From the NCBI GenBank assembly GCA_051294905.1, contig CM119378.1:17980001-18044000 (forward strand): a stretch of 64,000 nt of DNA, in the 5' to 3' direction. A model generated the notes under the pieces. It was not told the origin of the DNA. It searched no databases and saw only the letters and a list, made by a program, of their open reading frames with translations. This document shows positions 23,201-38,200 of this stretch, piece after piece (the first letter of the stretch is position 1; every line of letters begins with the position of its first letter). Source of the DNA: Botryllus schlosseri. Taxonomy: Eukaryota. The position numbers and the translations under genes were made by a program.

Positions 23201-26200
23201 TTTGGCCTACGTCCGCATTCCAGGACATAGTCATAATGAACGCGAAATGCCTATTTTGAACTGACCTTGTCCATTTCTGGTGAACTCCGGACTAATCTAC
23301 TTTTCATATCGTCTTATTATACGCACCAAAATCGCTACATAGTGATAATGTTAAGAAGAAGTACCGGGAACGGTTATGGTCGCGCGAAGCGTGAAAACAT
23401 TTCACGATTCACGAATGAATTTCGTCAATAATATTCGTAGTTTCACAAGTTACTATCAAGTACTTATCCTTTCTCAACCAATGCGATCAGATTCATCAGT
23501 AGAGTGCATGGAAGGAGTGATTTCGAAAATTTAGGTCATCTTTCTGACTGAACTCCCCAACAACCAGCCGGAGTGTTACTTGAGTACTCATTTCCTATAT
23601 CTCAGTCCAATTATCACATACATTTAATCAAAACTTTCAAAAAAGAGGGCATTTGGGCGTCCTCCGAGGACACTTTCAAAAAAGTCGAAAAGGAGGAGGA
23701 CGTATCATAAAATAACCCTATATTATTGTAACTTTGTTACGTATTGTTATTTTTGACCTCCCATCAGGATTGTCGGTATAGTGGAAAGATATTGGAATCT
23801 TTCAAACGACCAGAAACAAATTTTTTTCGTGAGGAGCGCAAGATTCCAAGTTGGTATTTCAATATGGGGTGATTCATCTTCCTCCACTGTTCGCATCTGT
23901 TTTGTGGTGCTCAGATTGCAAAGGGCGCTACGACTATATTAAAATCGAAAAAAGAATTCGCATTGAATCGTGCGTAGCGTGAAGAAAATTTCAAGATTAA
24001 ATAAAATATCTCAAAAAGTCGGGAGTTAATTCGTGATATTACTTTTTTCTTGTCGACGGCCGCCAACACATACTAATTGAACTGCGTGTCCACGGCCGCA
24101 AAAATTTATATTTGCACGGTCGCAGGTTACCCCCTCTGTACCAGAGAGCGACATTTTAAGGGTTTTGTTCGTAATGAAATATGTTTATGATGGCATTCAT
24201 GTGACATTACGGTAGTGTCTGCTGAGTGCTGAGTCGAGGTAAAATTGACTTGCCCAGATAAACACAGGCTACCGAATGCCGTGGATTATAACCGACCGCG
24301 CCAACTCGAATAATATTCTTCTCTTCGACAATATCCAGAGATGAAGCGCTTTGGAGCAGGACCAATCACCTTGTTCAGCTATCTTGTTCATTTCCCACTG
24401 CTACAAGCCATAGCCTACTACGAGTGAAATGCGCCACACGAAACCACCTGGCAACAGCGATACCTGGCCATCCACAAAATGAATGAATGAATGAATCGAA
24501 AACGAATGATCGTACGAATTATGTGGTTTAGCGAATCACCGGAGACAGCTTGGACTTCGAGTCAAATCTATCATGTTTCTGGGCCTATAATCCTACCTCA
24601 CGAAGTTCTGCATCAGTTCGAAATTTGACGTTTTATTATTTTACCAATGGACAAGCCTTCATCATCTTGCATCTTGAAATTAAGGCATAAAATCCTAATA
24701 TACCTCGCGGATCGGCAGAAAAGTCGTCACGGACCGGCGGTGGAGAACCACTGGTCTAAGGCTACTTTTGGAAACTACTAGTAAATAATTCACTATTCAA
24801 TTTCTACTTGCACTAATAGTTTTTGGTTGGTAATTAAAACACTTATTCTTCAATTTCAATTCAGATTCAGTACGCTGCATGTAGATACATTAGTGCCTAG
24901 TTTGAGTCTTTGACCATTACGTGAATTCTTATTGACTGCAAGGCACCGCAGATAAAATACAGACACAACTGCCATGTATTTTGTAACGAATCACCAGTAA
25001 TAGTTATTGTAGGGTTACTTCATCATTTGCTTTGTGATTCATCATATGCCCGCCTTGCGCTCTGCAAAATGTAGTCTAGTCAGTGTATTATGTATATGAC
25101 ACCCTTTCTGATATTTTCAATGAATAGAATGTATTCGAAAATCACAAGAAAAATTCATGAGAACATATCCGTTCTTGACCAATGAAATTGAGCTAAAATT
25201 TGGTTTTGTTAAAGAAGAGTAAATTTTGCTGTCAAGAGCATGTAAACATTCCTCATTAATGACAACTATGAATTGTGGGTGTGCGATCGCAGAGAATGCT
25301 GTATTAAACTATTATATATAGTAGTTAAGGCTCGTTCCTGACGACAAATCTTCATTGCTCAATGTCTTGGGTCGGATGTATGTATGTATGTTTGATCAAT
25401 TGAAGTAATCGATTTAACCTGGTATGTTAAATGTCTGAACTTTTCTCATTCTGACTTTGTTTGCTTGTGCAATCAAGCGCCTAGCCTGTAGCTTCAACTG
25501 AATGTTACCAGTTACCTTATGTCAACCAGTTGATTGAAGCCAGCAGTGCAATCTGTAATCTGGTCTTGTGAAATATCATTTTCCTGCAATGTGGAATATG
25601 TTAACTGTTGATTATTATTATCATACTAGTTCAGTAGTCTATCAACAGTTAACATTTTGATTTATAAGCACCACTTGCATAATTCACATACCCTGTAGGG
25701 CAGCGGTTCTCAACCGGGGGTCCGTGGACCCCTAGGGGTCCGCGAAGCTATTTCAGGGGGTCCGCGAGACCTCTAAATTTTTAAAATGTTTGATAACCTA
25801 ATTTTTTAATTTATTTTTTAATTTGAGAAAGCATGAGACTGTTTCGCACCACAACTGCTAAAACCTCATGACTCATATCATCATAATAATCGTCTGACAT
25901 GGACTATGGTAGTGTGGAAACTCATTTTCATTGCCAATTTTCGAGTAACCTGCTGATACAAACATATTGCTGTTTAGAGACGTTTTGATGGATTATATAA
26001 AATCTATATATGTGAAGATAGTAACGTCTATCAGGGTGACTTCGTAATGTCTGCGAAACCTTCTCGATTTGAAGTTGTCAGTCTCATCAAATAAGTCAGT
26101 GGTTCCCAGCCTTTTTTCACCCACGTACCATTTTCAGGTTTTATGCAGTGCTCGCGTACCACCTACATAAGTTACGCGCGCTGAAGGATGTCAAAAATGT

Positions 26201-29200
26201 TTCCATTGTTTATGACGTCATAATGACGTATGCGAGGCGGAATAGTAAATACTATTAAACTAAGCATTATTAGCCAGGGTTGTTAGGATGCATGAAATTG
26301 TTTTCTCACCACCAGTCACAAGAATAACAACATAATAATAATGAAATAACAGCAAACAACAGACGTCAATTGTTTCATGCGATGGCTGCATTTGCTTATT
26401 TTCCACTAGCTCAGCGGTTCTCAAACTTTTTTAGACACGCCCTCGTTTATGATAGTGAAATATTTCGCGCTCCCTTATCGTCATATCACAAAATGCGATC
26501 AGAATGCTAGCAATCCCAACGAATAATTTTATGGCATGGAAGGTTATGACAGTTGATAAGAGAATTCTTAAATATGCAATTAGGACTACACACAGAACAA
26601 AAACAATGAATTTGAGGTAAATCGCTCGAAGCGTGAAAAGATTTTTCAGTTATTCGCAGCTTCGACCCCCCCCCCCTTCAGATGCTTTTGCGCTCCCAGT
26701 TTGAGAACCACTGCACTAGCTGGTCGATGCGTGGCATATGTTAGCGCATCGGAAGTCATGCATGGGCATGGGTTTCTTCGACTTGATAGTCGTCGGACAT
26801 GAAAATCCTTGCTCGCACTCCCATGTAGAAGGGAAAATTAGCAGCTGGGGAATAGCGTGAAAAGCCAGAGTCGATTACGAGGAGGCCACGATAAGCCTGA
26901 AGTTTACTGGAGAACAATCTTTGTGCTCAACCCCACCTTAACTAATAACTCCCTTCGGTCGAAAAAAAAACAGAATCTACTCGCGTACCACTTGGAAGAC
27001 CTTCGCGTACTACTAGTGGTACGAGTACCACAGGTTGGGAACCACTGAAATAAGTGAACAGTCATTTGAAATAAAAAAATTCTGAAGTATCTCCATAATT
27101 TGTCCCAATGCAGGGAACAGCTTCTTGGAGGTACAGAACTTTAATATACAATTGAATAATATAATCATATTGAAATGAAGGCCCGAATATTTTCGGCTGA
27201 CACTCGTCATAAATCGGACAATGATATACCTGCTTCTAAAGTTCGGCTATCAGATTTGGCGCATTCTTATTGCGGATGCCCTATCGACAAAGCTGATTTT
27301 TTTTATGAAAAAGGACTAGGGAGTGTTTCGTTGCTATCAAAGCATTACGCTCCAACCCTGAAATTAATATCACCAGTTATATTCGTATGCAGCCTTGTCT
27401 TGTTAATGTTCAATTGTTCATGTTCGAAAATGTTTGCTCGTAAATTTATATGTAAACCCGAACAGAACAAGTCGTTTCATGACAGTATTTTTCTGGTTAG
27501 AAAACTTGGATCCATTCTTTGGAGCATAAAATTTGTAAATTAGGATTTCACTTTGACGGTAGAAACTCTCTGCGGGCCGATCAAAATGCCATTGCGGGCC
27601 GAATCCGGCCCGCGGTCCGTGTGTTTCTTCATTTTGGTGCCATAAATGTTGCGATCACATCAAAAGTATCGTCGGAAGCGTTATGCGTTAATATTGCATT
27701 AGCCTCCATCTATCTTTGCGGAAATGGTTTTCCGCTCTCCTCGCTCATATCAAAACGAAGACGCAGATTTTCAAGACACGACCACTTACTTCAACAAAAA
27801 AAAACAGCAGCAAAATTAGCTTTGAAATGATGAAAGTCTACCAATTTCTACATAAATAGTATGATGTTATCTTCAATAAAAATCATTATTTTGCTGTGTA
27901 TCACAAGCCTACAGTTCATATTTGCACAAGACAGATGAAGGTTGCACCATAATAGAGCTAAAATTGAACTAAAACTTGAGGGGTCCGCGAGGGTCCGTGA
28001 CGGTCAAAAGGGGTCCGCGAAGCCAAAAAGGTTGAGAACCACTGCTGTAGGGTGTATGCAATAGGAAGAAATACGCTAGTCATTGAGATATGCTAGTCAT
28101 CCACACATTTTGAATACAACACTTGATAAGAGATAATCAATCGTCTATCTCATGCCTTGATACTGTACTAAGTAAGAAGCTGCATTACAGTTCAAGTATT
28201 AACTTCAGTGTGCTGAAGGCTGAAACATTGCTTTTAATATTGTACAATAAATTAGAACAAAACAAAGTTGCTATACACATAAATATATTATAATATTATT
28301 ACTAAAAACAAAGACTGCAAGACCTGTAGTAGTAGGATGATATAGTTCTAGTTTGTAGTAGTTGCTGGAATGAATTGATTGATTAGGCGTGCTTGTGTGA
28401 TCCGGTAGGCCTAATTGGTAGGCTATATGCTGTATGAATACCTATCCCTTTTGCATGTAGAATATGTACTAAGGTTGTAGTAGTTAGTTGTTTGAAAGAA
28501 CTGCTTGCCCTGCAACAAATATTGTCCCATTGAATTTTGCTTATTGCTGTGTAACATGACCTGTAGGCAGTTGTGGGTACCTGCTTAAGTGCTCATGGTG
28601 GATGTTATCCGCGTCTGCAATCTTGTTTCAAGTGATCCAAATCACAAAGTTCAGTAACCATTAATTATGTAGTGCCTGATTCAACAGTCGCAGTCGCCAT
28701 ACTACTTACTATTCACAGTTCAATTTATGCTGAGCTGAGATGGTTAGGCTGTATACTGAGTTCTGAATTTGATCAATCTGACTTGTGTGACAAAAGTGTC
28801 TCGTGTGAACGTAGTTTATGAATAGACTTCCAAGTGTAAAAGCACTGGCGGTTACTTTTGCACTTCTCTGTAATCTATCAGGTCTGGAAATTGACATGTT
28901 GAAGTGTACCTTTCAAATCTGGTCAATGAAGCAGGCTACTTATGAAACTAAGCACTTAGGAGAGATTTCTTGACATATTGACTACGCTTTAGTAACATAA
29001 GTAACTTCTTTAACCATCTCAGCTTGTGTTTTGCATGTGAATGAAATACAATCATAGATAACTTGCTATCAGCAACATGCATCTGCAAATAGTGCTGCCG
29101 ACAAACACGTCAGTGATGAATTCGACCTGCCATCTCATCAGCGGCAGCCTCTGAGCACACCAGCACACCCATGTCAATTTTTACCGTCAGACTGTTTATC

Positions 29201-32200
29201 AATTGCCGGTCCTGTCTTGCAGTCACACTGGCGGAGTACATAAAGACGTCACCAACTTGGGCTCGTACAATTATCTGGGTTTCGCTGAAAACAGCGGCCC
29301 ATGTTCTGAAGACGCCATCGAAAGCATCAAGACGTACGGCGCGGGAGTGTGTGGCTCGAGAATGGAAATGGGTGTGTAGTAGGGGGTTTTCAAAAATAAC
29401 TTTTTTTCAAATTTCACTGGCTACTTGATGAAATTGTTGTGTTAACGTACCTAAAAATACACTGCACACCAATTTTAACTCAATTTCAACCAGTGGAACC
29501 CTAAACCGCGGTAACTTTGGACAATTTTCAACAATTCCGCTTTGTATCTCGGAAATGCTAGGGTGTAGGGGAGGCAAGTTTTGTGTTTTTTCGGGTCATG
29601 GAGCAAAGATTAGAATTACCTAATCCAAAATCTTCATGGTCATAAACAAGTACCTTATTTTTGTAAATTATCCGTGTCCAAAGTTACCCCTGCATGTGGG
29701 GTAACTTTGGACAATGTAGTTTATTGTATGCCTTCACACTCAATTGTTTATGAAACCTCGTAAATGAGGCTTATTTGGTAAGAGTTGATGAGAGCAGTGG
29801 CTAAAACTGAAACAAAATAGTATATTTCTGGCCTATTGCATGATTTACCTAATCCACCCCCCCCCCCAAAAAAAAAATTAGGTAGTTTATGAAGGCAATT
29901 ATGAAGGCAATTATGAAGGCAATTGGGACTTATAAATAACATATGGTGATAAAGGGTATCCCACTGGCAGTGTCAGCAATCGACAGCAAACATTAAACAT
30001 GTTACCTTGATTTATTTCCGATTTCAAATATATAACTGTTCTTTAAAAGATACACTTTCCCTTTCCTATGTCCTCTGATGGACATATTTGTCGTAATTTA
30101 CGATATCCCATATTCAGCTGACTCATCTTTAGGAGTATGTGATAAATTTTTGAAGTAGCTTACACCCAATTGCAATCTCTGAGCTCATTGCCTACCCATT
30201 TTTTCATATTTTGGCAAACTCATAATTTATTAGCCTTCTCATTACATTTAAAAAGCCATCTGGCCGGTAATAAGGAATATAGTTGACCATACACTTTGAC
30301 ACAGATGAAGCAGCCACTTTCCAGAGCTCTAAATATCACATTTTCCACTGTCCATCACATCACATTTTCCTGTATTGATCTAAGGATGAGCCCACTGAGA
30401 TTTTTGCCATGGATTAAGACTGCTTAGAGGTATCTGCTGCCAAGTTTTGAATCTGTGAATCACATGCTATCTGTGTTTGGTTGTAAAAAGTTTAATGACC
30501 ATTAATTTTGAAGAATTTGACCCCCGCCATTAATTTATCAATGTTGGGTCAAGTTTATATTGTAGTGAAACGAATCCACCTTCTATTGAGACTACTTGTG
30601 GTACTGATGCCACATGAAAAAGAATTCGACCTCCAGCGGCAACCCTTTTCCATAAATAACCATTTAAATCTTTTACTGCTTTGTGTCCAAAGTTACCCTT
30701 AAGTCCAAAGTTACCCCGGTTTACGGAAGCGAAGTTATTGATGTTCAAAATTTAAGATCTCAAATAATAGTGTTCATGGTCGGTAGTTCTATAATAATCG
30801 AAGAATTTGCCACCATGAATAAGCCCACTATTTTTTTCAAATCCAAAATTTTGTTCTCCAATAACTTCGGTTCTACTGGTTGAAATTAGCCGAGTTTGTT
30901 GTGCATCATTTTTTCAGACCACCTAACAATTTAAGGTGGCCAGTGAAATTCGTAAAATTTTTATGTTCATTTCTATTTTAATAAATCTAGAATTTACTAC
31001 TACAATAACTCTGCTCCCACTGGCTGTAATTAAGCACAAATTGGTGTGCAGCGTTTTTTAGGTAGGCCTAATCCAGCAACTTTGTCAAGTAGCCAGTAAA
31101 ATTTGAAAATAAGCTTAGAACAGCCATAGTGTGTACTGATGTAATCCGAAAGCTTTTTTTCTTCATAACAATAGCATGTCATGAATCGGTTTGTATTATA
31201 CTAAAAATTCAATGCTCTATTGCCGGTACCAATGGAAATTAACCTGGAAACTAAGTAATAGGGAGCATAATTTACAGCAGATTTCTACCTTACTGAATTG
31301 ATGCTTTTTAAATGTATAACCTGTCACTTTACCACAGCACTTATCAATTAGTAGGCTCTGTTTTAGAATTGTCAATTCTCATTGCCACATTGCCTTAGTA
31401 AATGCAGCTGCAACGCTATTCCTTTGAATCAACACAATCTTTATTTGATCAACGTGGACTTTTATTGCATCAAATATTGGATAGCACAATGACCTATGAG
31501 GGAGCTCACCTGACAGCAACATCGTTTATATTTATTGTGTGATGTTCAGTGAATTTGCTATATTTCCGATGGTAGGAATTGTTAGCCTATAGAACCTGGG
31601 CTAAAGAAATTCACATGTTAAAAAGCTAATTTATTCATTCTTTAATTCTAGCAGGGGTATTAAATATTAATGTCCATCATTGTGTTGAGATAACCTGATT
31701 ATTTTTGTAATGAAACAGGCTGTGATATCTTTGTACTTTGACTATCAACAACTGTTTCTTAGTTGGACCGATCGCTGAACTTTGGATACACATTTCATGT
31801 TCAAAATATTTGTCTTCGGTTAACCCATTGAGCATTCTGTAAGTAAACAACATATATAGTATCTTGCACATACTTACTCAGCAGTAACTTTGATTCTCTG
31901 ACCTGCAAATTGGCTGTAGGCCTATATTGTATACTCAACAACTGGGCCACTAGCACGGGACCGTATTACCAGTTGATGTTCAACTATCAATATTCTAGAT
32001 ATCTTACAAAAACAAAATTGCTTGTCGTTCACTACGGAGATATTCTGTGATTTCCGAAACAGTTTTTATAATGGACGCAATTCTATTCAGGTAATTTGGA
32101 CATCCATGAAAAATTGGAAGATGCAGTGGCCGATTACATAGGAGTGGACTCGTGCCTTTGCTTCGGAATGGGTTTCGCCACGAACTCCATGAATATTCCT

Positions 32201-35200
32201 TGTCTGGTGAACAAAGGCTGTTTGATTCTCAGCGATGAGCTGAACCACGCATCTTTGGTTCTTGGGTGCAGGTACTTGATTGAAAACGCTGTCAAATGGC
32301 ACTTGTTGATATTGCAATGGGTTTAGATTGTCTGGCGCCACCACGAGAGTGTTCAAGCACAACAACATCGCGGATTTGGAGAAGAAATTGCGAGACGCAA
32401 TCGTCACCGGCCAGCCGCGTACGCACAGACCTTGGAAGAAGATCTTGATTATTGTGGAAGGGGTGTACAGGTAGGAAGGATTTGTGTGCTGTGGAACGAT
32501 TTTAAACGATATAGGCCCACTATTTGGTTTTGAGAGTCAGTTGAAAAGCTCAAAGTGAATAAATTCGTTGATATGCGTGTTGATATGTTTGCTAGAAATC
32601 TTTTTGGAAAGCGGGCCATATTTAGCACTAGATCGGTGGTTCTTAACCGCCGGACCGTGGAAAATTTCCTGCCAAATATATCATAATTTTATATCTCAAT
32701 TCCCAAATGCAAAAAGTTTGAACGCTTGTCTAAAACATCAAATTTGAAATTGATTTATAAGTTTGGAACATATTGTCTGCATGGTGTCGCAACAGACAGC
32801 TCATGGACTAATTTGGAGATACGTTGCAATGGTGCAACTGTTGTACGAAATCGTTTAAAAGTACTGTACCACTCGTTTTGTGGACAAGTTATACGTGAAA
32901 TCTAGGGAGACTTTTAAAGAAACTTCGTTAAATTCCGACAGTGCAATCAAGCGACACTTAACAATATCATAATACAGGTAAACGTCAAAGTCCATTTCTC
33001 TCAAACTTCAGTAAGGAACAACGGAACCACTTATAAATATCAAATTTCAAGGAGGCAGCATTAAATAAAATTTCCAATATTACATTTGAGTTGCATACAT
33101 TTGTTGTAATTAAATTTAGGATTAATTTTGATTTTCGAAAGTTCACCAGTCCGCAACATTGGTTCTGAAGTTTTACCGGTTCGAGAAGTGAAAAAGGTTG
33201 AGAACCACTGTCCTTGATCATAAAGTTGGTGTGAAGTCGCGCAAACGGCGAGGTGGGGTCAAACTCGACCCATGACCCATCAGTTTATTTGCTTATTTCC
33301 TTGCATAGGAGCCATAAATAACCAAATTCAGGAATATCAAAACATGGGAGTTTTTCATTTAAATTTGACTCTTGTGCAATAAATTGCGTATTAGCGTCCA
33401 TCAGCTAATGGTTGATACTGATTGATCACAGTGTTGGAATCAAGTCACAAGTCATCTCGAGTCATTGCACATTTTGACTCGAGTCGAGTCAAGTCAATCG
33501 ATTTTCGAAGGTGACTCGAATCAAGTCACACACCTCGAATCATATTGAATTTTCGAGTTATGAGCGATCATTCAAAATCATTACATTTTGCGAGCTGTGT
33601 TAAAACAGATTAATGGACCATATCTTTAATCAAATAACGAATATGCAATTAAATATACATGCAAAAATGCGTTGTATAGCTCATGCACAAGTAGTACTGC
33701 TAATACAATTGATAGCGCATAACGCGGTCCAGGATTGCATGGCTGGAAACAACAGTCTGACTTTTCATTAGAAGATGGCTCAATTCTAATCCCACTTTAG
33801 TGATGGTAGTTGAACAAAAGAACTCACTTACTGCACATAGACTTTCTGGTAGTTGCAAGCTCCATCATCTCATTAAGAATGGTAATGGTTGCCGCTTACG
33901 GTACACATGACAATAGCAATGGCGGGACGTGAATCTAAAACTAAATTATATGCAGTTTCGATATTATATTCCCTGGGTGTCTGTTTTCAGCATGGAAGGG
34001 TCCATCGTGAATTTGCCGGGAGTGTTGGCTTTGAAGAAGAAATACAAAGCCTACCTGTATTTGGACGAAGCTCACAGCATCGGCGCTTTGGGAAGACGCG
34101 GTCGTGGGGTAACGGAGTATTTCGGAATCGATCCGAGGGAGGTCGATGTCATGATGGGTACTTTCACGAAGAGCTTTGGTGCCGCTGGCGGATATATCGG
34201 CGGAACAAAGGTGGGATTTTTTAAGATCAATTTCAAATCTTTCATCATCACGCTTGAAAATTAAGAAAGCTCATGATATTGATTGTAATCTAGTGATTCC
34301 CGAACTGTTTCACCTGATGGCATGCAGTGCTTTATGAAATAACTACATTTTCAATTGCTAACGATATGGATGTGCGTGCTTGTAAGAACATATACGACTG
34401 AAACGACATTGCATTGGTAAATAATTCCTAGCAGTTTCTCTCGCTTACAGCTTTTGATTTCAGTCATAACAGAAAAGCCATGTACAGTACACATAGCCAT
34501 GAAGATGCAAATAGCAATATAATTTTGATTGTGTTTGCATCGACTTGGGATTTGGAAGCAGACAGTTCAAATTCGTCCGATTTCTTTTGTGCAAACAATG
34601 TTTTGAACATCGGGACGTTTTGTAAATCAATGAGCTGTTCGTCTTGAAGACGAAGAAGTCTTCTGTTGAGGGATTGCTTGATTCATTAAAACCAAATGGA
34701 TTGACTATTAACGTCGTTTGCAGCTAGTTCTTGGAAGTAATGTTGCATTGCAAGCTGAAGTGCAGAGATAGTATGCTCATGATTGGCGAGATGATTTCTT
34801 GTTTATGAACTGATTCATCATGAGATCTTAGTTTTCCACTAGTTGTGGACCACAACGTCTAATAAAACCGTAGTTTAAATATCTGTACAGTTCTTTTCCC
34901 GAATTCCGAAAAAGATTCGGGACACACGTGAGAATCTTCCGCAGCACACAGTTTGGATATCACTGTTTTAATCAGTTAGATTTAAAGCCACTGGTTCGGT
35001 GTAACTCAAGGTTTATAAGGCTAATATGAGCACGACCTACACCTCGTATGTGGGAGAAGCTAATTGCTCTTTTTGACATATTACATAAAACAAAAAGGTC
35101 ACATTGTGATGAACCTGTCGTTCACTTAGAATAGAAAGGGCCTATGTTACGCCAGTGATTGAAAATTTCACTTAACGTGATATTTGTCGCTTATGGATAC

Positions 35201-38200
35201 AGTTCTTTCAGCTGGCAGTGGAATTTTATCGTAAAACGTAGTAACATTAGCATATGCCAAAATCCTTTTCTGTGAACTTGATTAAAATTAGTAATTGGTC
35301 GTGACGAAGGCATGCCGCCCGCCCATTTCATTGTAAAGGCATTGTTGTGAAGAATCACTTCTTTTGTTCTCTTCTATGAGGAACAATAAGCTCTATTTAA
35401 TTTTGGAGTTACAGAAAGTGACTCAAAGGACAGAGGGTAATTCAAATTGGGAAAAACACTACTCATATTAATCTCAGCAGTGAAAAGATCTTAAGTTTAA
35501 ACAAACATACAGAAACCATCAAAACAGTTGAGAGTCATGTGCAAAAGGGCACAGGCTAACAGTATTTAGCAGTTATGCTGGATATTGTCTCAACATACAG
35601 GTGTAGGCTATTTCTTGTTTATGTAATTGTGTATTCAAATATATATATAACTTAATCATGCGGAAATTGATTTCCAAGGGTTCAATTGAGGCAAATTTCC
35701 TCACCAGTTTAGGACACATCCATGGTTACATAGCATAAATTAATTGCATTGAATTTAAATAACAGTAATCGGAGATTTGAAAGTTTCGAATACAATACGA
35801 TTTCTCATGCCAAGTACAGCATGAATATAGTAGCCGTTTGACAAATACTCGACCTTATGGCTGGTAGCACTTTCGTGAATTTTGCAGGACCTTGTGGAAC
35901 ACCTCAGAAAACATTCACACTCGACTTATTACGCGACTTCAATGGCACCTTCTGTATGTCAGCAGGTCTGTAATTAAATTAGATATCTTATATTCGCTCC
36001 AAGGCAAAGATTGCCTTCAGTTCCCTGTATTGATGGAATTACATCTCACCCTGTAGATTTTGTCAAAGCACTTATGAATTTAGCTTGTCATAATCTGGCG
36101 TGGGAATTTTTAAAACAATACTAGGATTATGCTCTGGTGATGGGATTTTGTTTGGTGTCGTTGTGGGAATACCAATGTCAGTGAGTAGGCTCTATAGATA
36201 TACATGCTTGTCCAACTGGTTTGTTTTTGCCATTTGAATCCTCGCTACACTGGAACTGTTTCTACATGCATTAAAGTAGTTGTGTGTAGGTGATAAAATA
36301 TCTATTGTGTCATTATTTGCAATGATTGCATTTTAAATATACAGATATTGACGTGCTTGGAGAAAATCGACGACCCGAATGATGGCCATCTTCGTATCAA
36401 GCAGTTGGCGAGAAATTCGAAATTGTTCCGGCAAGGTCTCAAAAAGGCCGGCTTTATTGTGTACGGCAACGACGATTCTCCGGTTGTGCCCATGATGGTT
36501 TTTATGCCCGGCAAGCTCGGGTGAGTACCGACGGAGTCTGGTATGTCTTCTCCCCTTCACTATGGGTGATGGGCAGGCCTGTTTATTTTTGGATATTGGG
36601 TTTTATTTTTGGAGATTCTCCAAAAATAAGATTTGAAAACATCCAAAAATAAGCTTTTTTTGGATGATGTTTTTTCAAGTTTTTTAGTAATATAAACGAG
36701 TCAGAGCAGAGTAAATGCTGCTGAAACAACCAGGAAACTCACAAAAACACGCGTACAAACGGAAAGTGTGTGAGGGAGGGGGTCTCCGAAACGCTAAAAG
36801 TACTTTTACTCACTGGAAGGATCAGAGGCGTGGCGACAAGGGTTGAAGAGGCGGCATGGTATGAACTCGTGCGAGTGTGGTGCGCGCTGGACTTTGTGGT
36901 TCAGGCCGAATCCCGCCACTTCTACAACAATCACTTCGTCCAAACGATGATGGGACTGAATGGCTACCTCAGACGGCTACAGTACTTGGTCCAGGAGATG
37001 AAAAGTACGCGCCCAAGTTTGTTGACCCCTGCTGGTTGTCAATTAAGAAGGCGACCACTTGGTTGACTAGACACCGTACCAAACTCATCAAGATTACAAG
37101 CGTGAAAATTCCGGCCTGTGCAACTTCGCTGCAGTGGTGGTTCCAACTGATCGTCCTCGATCGCATGGCCACAGAGCTGAGCACCACAGTCACAAATCTT
37201 CAGGGACTTGACCATCTTATCGTGGAGCAGCAGGATGAGCTACATCGCTTGATCGAACGCCTTCGATCTCGGTGTCCAACAGAGGACTGGGACAATGACA
37301 CCCGCGACGGGATAGGTTCTCTGGTCGGTGCAGGGCTATCAAGTTCACTGAGACACGCAACTTTGTGGAGGATCAGGGGTGTGAACTGTGCACTGTGCAG
37401 TCCTCGATTTTCTCGAGAACATCGACGAATAGAGGAGAAGGACTCCACTTTCGAGGCAGCCGGAAGCCTTATTGCATATAAGGCATAAAGAAAATTGAAG
37501 TCGCCGATAATGAAAGGGCTCTGCCCAGTCTACCACACCAAGTGGCGCAACCTCGTAGGCAGGACAGAAAAAAAACTTCTTGCTCTTTTAGATTCTAATA
37601 ATATAAACAAGAGTGATACATATATATAGGTTACTTTATTTGTAGCTCAGTGAATTGATCGACAAATACCAGGGTGGGCTGTCGAACAAGTGGACACCCC
37701 AGTAGATACAGAATATCGAAGACCAATTCCAATCCATGCATGCCTCTCCGGTCCAAAACGGACGTCACTTTGAAGCGCATAATTGAGGAGCGCTTGCAAG
37801 GATGAAAAGGCTTGGAATATTGAAGAGTTTTAAGCCATCCGACAGTTCTTTGGTCCCATATGGTTCGATGCTTCCCACAACTGCGACGGTCGAAGCCGAT
37901 TTCTCGAAAATCAACTGGGTGAAGGGTCTCTACCGGGCGTCACTCACTGATTTTTGTTTGGAGGGCATTCTCCAGGTCAAAGACAGGAAGGACATGAATA
38001 CACGATAACAACATACTTTCGGTGAAGTTTTCTCGTAGTATTAGTGCTAAAAAACACCTTCATTTCTTATTTTTGGAGATTCTCCAAAAATAAAAATTTG
38101 AAAACATCCAAAACTAAGCTATTTTTGTTATTTTTGGAGAAATCCAAAAATAAACAGGCCTGGTGATGGGTGATGCAAGACTAGTTATTTTGATACGGCA

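Larger units (their letters stand above)
25701..28044. mobile_element. Charlie-like hAT MITE, outer level of a triple nest
   Basis: TIR cagcggttctcaacc / ggttgagaaccactg; TSD ctgtaggg. Confidence 0.9.
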
